Positions 35,774-42,336 of a stretch of DNA of 42,336 bases are shown here, one piece after another. The position numbers and the translations under genes were made by a program. Under the pieces are notes generated by a model, which did no database searches, had not been told where the DNA came from, and worked only from the letters and a program-made list of their open reading frames with translations. Every line of letters starts with the position of its first letter. Positions within the stretch are counted from its first letter, which is position 1. The DNA is from Pseudomonadota bacterium (GTDB taxonomy: Bacteria; Myxococcota_A; Bradymonadia; UBA4248): the NCBI GenBank assembly GCA_017464085.1, contig JAFUEE010000179.1, positions 1 to 42,336 on the forward strand. Direction: 5' to 3'.

Positions 35774-35800
35774 TGAAAAAGGCTGTGCAGAAGCACAGCC
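35774..35800 (-). terminator. Rho-independent terminator of the gap-pgk-tpiA operon (GGCTGTGC-uucu-GCACAGCC followed by U-tract on the minus strand)
   Basis: The 8-bp stem is perfect and is followed by the complement of AAAAA. Confidence 0.75.
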
Positions 35801-35834
35801 CTAATAATATCACGATTTACGTGATCAAATGCAA

Positions 35835-36590
35835 TCAGACAGCGGCTTTGATGATTGCTGCGAAATCGGCTGCTTTGAGGGAGGCACCGCCGACGAGCGC
35901 GCCGTCGATATCTTTCTGGCCGAGGAGTTCTTTTGCATTGGAGGCTTTGACGCTGCCGCCGTACTGGAGGCGCATGGCATCCGCATTATCGGCGCCAAAG
36001 AGTTCAGCGAGTTTTGCGCGGATTGCGGCATGAACTTCCTGCGCCTGATCGGGCGTGGCGGTCTTGCCAGTGCCGATGGCCCAGACGGGCTCATAAGCGA
36101 TGACGACTTTGGGGGCTTCTTCTTTCTTGACGCTTGCGAGGCCGTTCACGATCTGGCCCAAAACGACATCGAAGGTCTTGCCGCTTTCGCGTTCCGAGAG
36201 AGATTCGCCGACGCAGACGATGGGGATGATGCCGTTGTCGAGTGCGGCACGGACGCGTTTGGCGACGCCTTCATCTGTTTCGCCAAAATACTGGCGGCGC
36301 TCGCTGTGCCCGATGATGGCGTGGGTGCAACCCACGTCTTTGAGCATATCAGCACTGATTTCGCCGGTGTATGCACCGCTCACGGCATACGAGATGTTCT
36401 GGGCGCTGAGTTCGATATTGGAGCCCTTGAGGATCTCTGCGACATCCTGAAGGCAGGTGAACGTCGGTGCGACGGCGATCTCGACATCTTTGACATCCGC
36501 GACGAGCGGCTTGAGCGCGCTCACGAGCTCTTTGGCTGCCGCGCGCGTATTGTTCATTTTCCAGTTTCCGGCGATGAAAGGTTTACGCAT
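35835..36590 (-). CDS. tpiA: Triose-phosphate isomerase
   Basis: The start 'MRKPFIAGNWKMN' is preceded by AGGAGAT. The motifs 'AYEPVWAIGTG' and 'IQYGGSV' are present. Confidence 0.93.
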   Translation of the reverse strand: MRKPFIAGNWKMNNTRAAAKELVSALKPLVADVKDVEIAVAPTFTCLQDVAEILKGSNIELSAQNISYAVSGAYTGEISADMLKDVGCTHAIIGHSERRQYFGETDEGVAKRVRAALDNGIIPIVCVGESLSERESGKTFDVVLGQIVNGLASVKKEEAPKVVIAYEPVWAIGTGKTATPDQAQEVHAAIRAKLAELFGADNADAMRLQYGGSVKASNAKELLGQKDIDGALVGGASLKAADFAAIIKAAV

Positions 36591-36707
36591 GATGATCTCC
36601 TGAGTGATAGGTGCATAAAAAATGAAAAACGGCGCGCGTATTCGCGTGAGCGGATAGCGCGCCGGAGTCATCGCGTATGGCCGCAGGCCATAGCGATGGG
36701 ATTGGCA

Positions 36708-37973
36708 TTACTTCGCGATGCGGAGTGCTTCGATGCCGGGGAGTTCTTTGCCTTCGACGAGTTCGAGGGAAGCGCCGCCGCCCGTGGAGACGTGCGTGAC
36801 TTTGTCGTCAAGGCCGAACTGGCGGATGGCTGCTGCGGAGTCGCCGCCGCCGACAACTGTGTTGCCTTTGCATTCGGTCAGGGCCTTTGCAACTGCGATC
36901 GTGCCGTCTGCATAGCGCGGATTTTCGAAGACACCCATCGGGCCGTTCCAGAAGACCGATTTGGCTTTTTTGATGACGTTTGCATAGGGCTCGCGGGTCT
37001 TGGGACCGATGTCGAGGCCCATTTCGCCGTCGCTGAAGGATTCGACGACTTTGCAGGGGGTCGTGTCATCGAGTGCAGTCGAGACGACGTGATCGATCGG
37101 GAGAAGGAGCTCGCATTTGCTGTCGGCGACTTTCGCGAGGATGTTCTTGGCGATATCGAGCGCATCTGTTTCGACGCGGCTTGCAGCGACGTTGACGCCC
37201 TTGGCGGCGAGCAGCGTATAGGCCATGGCACCGCCGATGCAGATCTGGTCGCATTTGCCGATCAGGCTTTCGATGACGCCGATTTTGTCGGAGACTTTGG
37301 CGCCGCCGAGGATTGCGACATACGGATGCTCGGGATCATAGACGATGTTGCCGAGGTACTTGATTTCTTTCTGGAGCAGGTAGCCGCAGCCTTTGTTTTC
37401 GCCGAAATTCGGGACCATGACGGCCATCGAAGCGTGCGCGCGGTGGCAGGTACCGAAAGCGTCGTTGACATAGACATCGGCGAGGCTTGCGAGTGAAGCG
37501 GCAAATTTCTTCTGGCTTTCCTTGACGGCTTTCTTGGCAGCGGCTTTTTCTTCGTCGGTCGCGAACTTGCCACGGGGCTTGCCTTCTTCTTCCTCATAGA
37601 AGCGGAGGTTCTCGAGGAGGAGGATCTGGCCAGGCTGGAGGCGCTTGGCCTGCTCGACAACACCGTCGCCGATGCAGTCAGAGGCAAAGATGATTTCGCG
37701 CTCAGGAAGGAGCTCGATGAGGCGCTCGGCGACCGGCTTGAGGGAGAATTCAGGGCTGGGATTTGCTTTGGGACGTCCCAGGTGAGAGGCGACGATCGGA
37801 AGGCCGCCGTTGCGGATGATGTACTGGATCGTCGGGATCGCCTGACGGATGCGGAAGTCGTCAGTGATTTTGCCGTCTGCATCGAGGGGGACGTTGAAGT
37901 CCACGCGCACGAAAACGCGTTTGCCATCGAGGTTGAGATCTTCTACGGATTTAATGCCATCAAGGTATGCCAT
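36708..37973 (-). CDS. pgk: Phosphoglycerate kinase
   Basis: The 421-aa product has '[12 protein letters not shown]' and the canonical PGK fold motifs. Confidence 0.95.
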   Translation of the reverse strand: MAYLDGIKSVEDLNLDGKRVFVRVDFNVPLDADGKITDDFRIRQAIPTIQYIIRNGGLPIVASHLGRPKANPSPEFSLKPVAERLIELLPEREIIFASDCIGDGVVEQAKRLQPGQILLLENLRFYEEEEGKPRGKFATDEEKAAAKKAVKESQKKFAASLASLADVYVNDAFGTCHRAHASMAVMVPNFGENKGCGYLLQKEIKYLGNIVYDPEHPYVAILGGAKVSDKIGVIESLIGKCDQICIGGAMAYTLLAAKGVNVAASRVETDALDIAKNILAKVADSKCELLLPIDHVVSTALDDTTPCKVVESFSDGEMGLDIGPKTREPYANVIKKAKSVFWNGPMGVFENPRYADGTIAVAKALTECKGNTVVGGGDSAAAIRQFGLDDKVTHVSTGGGASLELVEGKELPGIEALRIAK

Positions 37974-38088
37974 GTTTAAAGATTTCCTTATATAAAAGGT
38001 GTCAGGAACGGCCGCAGGGCCGCAAAAAAAGAGCCAGAGCCCGTTTGGGGAACTCTGGCTCTCAGATAAGCATCAGATTCTCAAGAAA

Positions 38089-39300
<1,212 letters not shown>

Positions 39301-39409
39301 ACTTTTGTGCTTTTTGAATTATCCAGGAGGTTCATTCCGGCCTGTGGGTCAGACTGGAAATTACTGCAAGCATATACCAGACGTGACAGGCGGCAAAAAA
39401 AGGACCTTT

Positions 39410-41611
39410 TTACTCGATCATCTCCCGGAGCGCCTGGCGCGTGATCGGGAGTTCGGCTTCTTCACGGTGCGACAATGTGCTGCTGTCCATGCCTGTGGTG
39501 AAGAGCGCGTCGACGCCTTCGCGCTTGATGCGGTAGAACCAGCTGCCGGCAGCTGTCGCGCTCAGGCCGTCGTAAAGCGCGACCGGATGCGAGGCATGAC
39601 GCGTGAAGACGGTCTGGGTTCCGGCAGGCGCTTCTGCGCCGATCAGCGATAGCACGGATGCAGAAAGGTCGGCTGCGCTTGTGATATCTTCAAGCCGGAT
39701 CCCCACGGGATGTTCCGGGCGATATATTATATATGGTGTCAGGAGTTCCCAGGGGGTGATGCCCTGTTCATAGCCGAGCGTCGATTCCCCGATCGAGGTG
39801 CCGTGCGTGCCATACGCGATGACGAGCGTGTCCGCATCCAGCTTCGCGACGAAATCGCCCACGGCGTCGTCCACGCGCTTGAGCTCTGCGTCATAATAGG
39901 CTTCGTATTGGCGCGCATCGACTTGGCCGGGGTCGCGCATCACTGCGATATTGTTCAGTGCGGTTTCGTTTACCGGGCCGTTGTAGCCGGGCACGGCATA
40001 TTGCGCGAATGTCTCCGGGTCCACTCGGTGAGGCAGGCGCAGCTCCGAGAGGTGTACATAAAACAGCGAGTGTTCAGGCGAATCTTCAAGCGCATGGCGC
40101 ACTTCTTCAAGTGCAGCTCCTGTTTCTGTGATGTTCTCTTTGTTCAGCGCATAGAGCACGTCAAAGCCCTGTGCAAAGCCGTGCACAGTGTCGACGATTC
40201 CGGATGTCGTGTAAAAATATGTCTTCCAGTCGAGCGGGCTGGCCGCCTCTGCAAGCGTTGTCAGCATGCTCTTGATATATGCGCCGGGTTCGTACACGCC
40301 GTGCACGTCCGCCGGGACGCTTGTCAGCATCGAGGCTGCCATCGCGACGAGTGAACGTCCTTCGCCCATCAGAATGCCGAGAAGCCCATCTGAGGCCATC
40401 TTGCTCAGGTTGGATGCTGCTCTCCCTTTGCTCTCGTCATGCAGGCGGTCTGCGCGCAGCGTGTCTATGCCCAGTATGACGATGCGTTTTGCGCCTGCAA
40501 AGGCTTTTTCGGCTTTTTGGAGCGCATCTGTGCCCGCCGCGAGCAGCTGTGGGGAGGAGATATAGATATCTGGGCGGAATTCGTCTGTCGGGGTGAACAG
40601 CGTGTCGTCTGTTTCGGGGATGAACGACATCACGAGGCGTGCTGCTTTGCTGCTGTATTCTGAAAGGTCGATCGCGAGCGGCTTCCAGCATTCTCCGGGC
40701 GATATATGGAGCTTGGAAATCTCTTCTGGCTCTGAGCCGTCAGTCTGTATTTTAATGATGAGGTCGCCCGGAGAGTCCAGGAACGCGCCCGGCGCGGCAT
40801 TCAGGCTCAGAGAGGCTTCTGTCGGCACGATGAAAAAACGCTCCAGGTGCATGTTGCGGAGCAGGCCGAAGCCTTCAAGTTCCTGGTCGAGGATGCGGTA
40901 TTTTTCCGGATAGGACTGGCGCGGTTCGAGCTCGAATTTTCCTGTGCTGAGATCCCCTGTGCGCAGCGCGATATGGGAAAACTTCGCTGATACGCGGTTC
41001 TCTCCTTCAAAAAAAGATCCCGGAAAAGACACGCGCATCAGCTGCATGCCGTCTTTGCTCAGGTATTCGCGCGGCACTTTCCAGCGGTAGCCGTGATAGC
41101 CCGGGGTGAGGTTAGTCGTGAGCGGCTCGGACCACGTGCGGCCGCCGTTGCCGTCCGGCTTGTAAAATCGAACTGCCATCGACTGGTTCATCTTTGGGCG
41201 AAGGCCGACTTCGACAAAGATATCGCCCTCCCATTCGTCTGGATAGAATGGAAAATGAAGCGTCCCCATTGTGGAGCCCAGCCAGCGGACATAGCGGTCT
41301 GATGCCCACAAGAGTTTTTCTTTGCGTGCGGTTTCTGCAGAAATCAGCTCTGGCTCGACCCAGGGGGAAAATCCCTTGCGTTCCAAGTATTTTTGAGCGC
41401 TATCTTCACCGAGGTCGAAATACAGGCCTCGGTCATAGATGTGGATGAGGCCCGATTCTGGCGACCAGGTCTCATAAGGATGCGCATGGATGACCGGTTT
41501 TTCGCACACCGAAACGGCAGCAGGACTGGACGGATTTGTCGGACACGATTTAGATTGACAGCCCATCAGGGCGCACAGGCAGAAAAATAACGGTATGATG
41601 TTGCGGTTCAT
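39410..41611 (-). CDS. Lipoprotein with C-terminal alkaline-phosphatase-superfamily (sulfatase/phosphodiesterase-like) domain; N-terminal about 370 aa unassigned
   Basis: 'IVILGIDTLRADRL' is a metal-binding Asp motif of the AP/sulfatase clan, and no sulfatase C-x-P-x-R motif was found. The signal 'MNRNIIPLFFCLCALMGC' has a lipobox. The start at ATG 41611 was chosen over 41653. Confidence 0.65.
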   Translation of the reverse strand: MNRNIIPLFFCLCALMGCQSKSCPTNPSSPAAVSVCEKPVIHAHPYETWSPESGLIHIYDRGLYFDLGEDSAQKYLERKGFSPWVEPELISAETARKEKLLWASDRYVRWLGSTMGTLHFPFYPDEWEGDIFVEVGLRPKMNQSMAVRFYKPDGNGGRTWSEPLTTNLTPGYHGYRWKVPREYLSKDGMQLMRVSFPGSFFEGENRVSAKFSHIALRTGDLSTGKFELEPRQSYPEKYRILDQELEGFGLLRNMHLERFFIVPTEASLSLNAAPGAFLDSPGDLIIKIQTDGSEPEEISKLHISPGECWKPLAIDLSEYSSKAARLVMSFIPETDDTLFTPTDEFRPDIYISSPQLLAAGTDALQKAEKAFAGAKRIVILGIDTLRADRLHDESKGRAASNLSKMASDGLLGILMGEGRSLVAMAASMLTSVPADVHGVYEPGAYIKSMLTTLAEAASPLDWKTYFYTTSGIVDTVHGFAQGFDVLYALNKENITETGAALEEVRHALEDSPEHSLFYVHLSELRLPHRVDPETFAQYAVPGYNGPVNETALNNIAVMRDPGQVDARQYEAYYDAELKRVDDAVGDFVAKLDADTLVIAYGTHGTSIGESTLGYEQGITPWELLTPYIIYRPEHPVGIRLEDITSAADLSASVLSLIGAEAPAGTQTVFTRHASHPVALYDGLSATAAGSWFYRIKREGVDALFTTGMDSSTLSHREEAELPITRQALREMIE

Positions 41612-41962
41612 GACGCGATATAGATGATAACAGAAAGAGCAGACACGAGACATCTGCCATTGTCAGTTTAACATATTCTGTTAGGGATGCGTAAAGCGGT
41701 AATTGTTCGATGCCACAGGCGTTTATTTGTGAGCCGTTATAGCTTTATGTTTGATGCTTTGTAGCGCTTGTGCGCAAAAATAGCGCCGCGTATTGCGTAA
41801 GCAATAGCGGCGCGCCGCAGAGCGTATTGGCCGCAGGCCAATAGCGGCGGCCCGAGGCCGTGCTGCTCAATCTCGCTTTAAAAAACTCGCCATTTGCATA
41901 CAGGCGAGTTAAGGTCATGTGGCAAGCGGGAGAAGGCTTGCCAGGAGCACACGGAGGGCGCG

Positions 41963-42336
41963 ATGGGATTATATATCGATCAAGGCAATTTTGGATTCGA
42001 GCAGGCGGTGCACCATGCGTTGTATGTCGATAAGTCGCAGCTGCTTGGATATTTGAACCGCATGATCAATACGTGGCAAAAGTTTATTTGCGTGACGCGT
42101 CCGCGCAGGTTTGGCAAGAGTTTGGCGGCAAAGATGCTGTGTGCCTATTACGACAGATCGTGCGATTCTCGTTCGCTTTTCGAGGGGCTGGCGATTGCGC
42201 TGGATGAGACGTTCGAGCGGTATCTGAACAAGTTCCCGGTGATTTCTTGCGATGTGCATGAGGTGCGCAGTCGCGTCCATGATGGGATGGATTTCGTGCC
42301 ATGGCTGCAGAAGACGATTCTTGATGAAATGCGCGA
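41963..42336 (+). CDS. Predicted AAA-ATPase, DUF1703/'AAA-ATPase_like' family (5' part; continues beyond window)
   Basis: The start is ATG 41963 after GGAGGG. The N-terminus 'MGLYIDQGNFGFEQAVHHALYVDKSQLLGYLNRMINTWQKFICVTRPRRFGKSL' matches the 'YVDKT...F.SRPRRFGKS' signature of this family. It is not in the track because no stop lies inside the window. Confidence 0.7.
   Translation, partial: MGLYIDQGNFGFEQAVHHALYVDKSQLLGYLNRMINTWQKFICVTRPRRFGKSLAAKMLCAYYDRSCDSRSLFEGLAIALDETFERYLNKFPVISCDVHEVRSRVHDGMDFVPWLQKTILDEMR

Noticed and set aside
35743-35796. Longer start (35796) for the GHMP kinase adding 'MLLHSLFHARFPLHLSVV'
   Set aside because: The extension would be encoded by the gap-operon terminator hairpin itself. 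The conserved kinase N-terminus begins at M19.

Overview
This 42.3-kb window appears to come from a diderm bacterium with roughly 55-58% GC, estimated by eye; I could not assign a taxon from the sequence alone. It mixes housekeeping genes with an accessory region that is dense in lipoproteins and repeats.

Housekeeping genes:
- gdhA on the plus strand.
- prfC and alaS on the minus strand.
- A gap-pgk-tpiA glycolytic operon on the minus strand, followed by a hairpin terminator and then a GHMP (mevalonate-kinase-like) kinase.

Accessory content:
- A very large VIT-vWA lipoprotein.
- A NimA-like FMN-binding split-barrel protein next to an SMR-family Gdx/SugE exporter.
- An HD-domain protein.
- An SH3b lipoprotein with an unassigned C-terminal domain.
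- A Cys-rich lipoprotein ending in a lamin-tail domain (LTD).
- Four tandem paralogous lipoproteins of about 820-850 aa, each built as signal peptide/lipobox, Cys-rich 'CPDGxCxDGxC' repeats, about 10-12 thrombospondin type-3 (TSP3) Ca-binding Asp-rich repeats, a vWA domain (DxSxS metal-binding motif) and a conserved C-terminal domain.
- An NfeD-like/flotillin (SPFH) gene pair directly downstream of the four paralogs.
- A two-gene module: a non-secreted repeat protein with a C-terminal Cys/His papain-like domain, followed by an ATPase with a degenerate AAA domain plus a canonical AAA domain.
- An alkaline-phosphatase-superfamily lipoprotein.
- The 5' end of a 'predicted AAA-ATPase' (DUF1703-type) gene that runs off the window end.

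Repeats and signals:
- At least two MITE-like families with terminal inverted repeats. One copy is nested inside a third repeat, and the second copy of that repeat has the unoccupied site.
- A 58-bp tandem REP-like array plus dispersed GC-rich palindromes.
- Clean rho-independent terminators after several plus-strand genes.
- In-frame tandem repeats inside two genes.
- A roughly 160-bp AT-rich island.

Many of the long ORFs in the six-frame track are antisense shadows of the real genes, or are carried inside repeats. The CDS coordinates follow the supplied ORF track; the start codons were chosen by me. Coordinates of non-coding features may be off by 1-2 bp because they were counted by hand.
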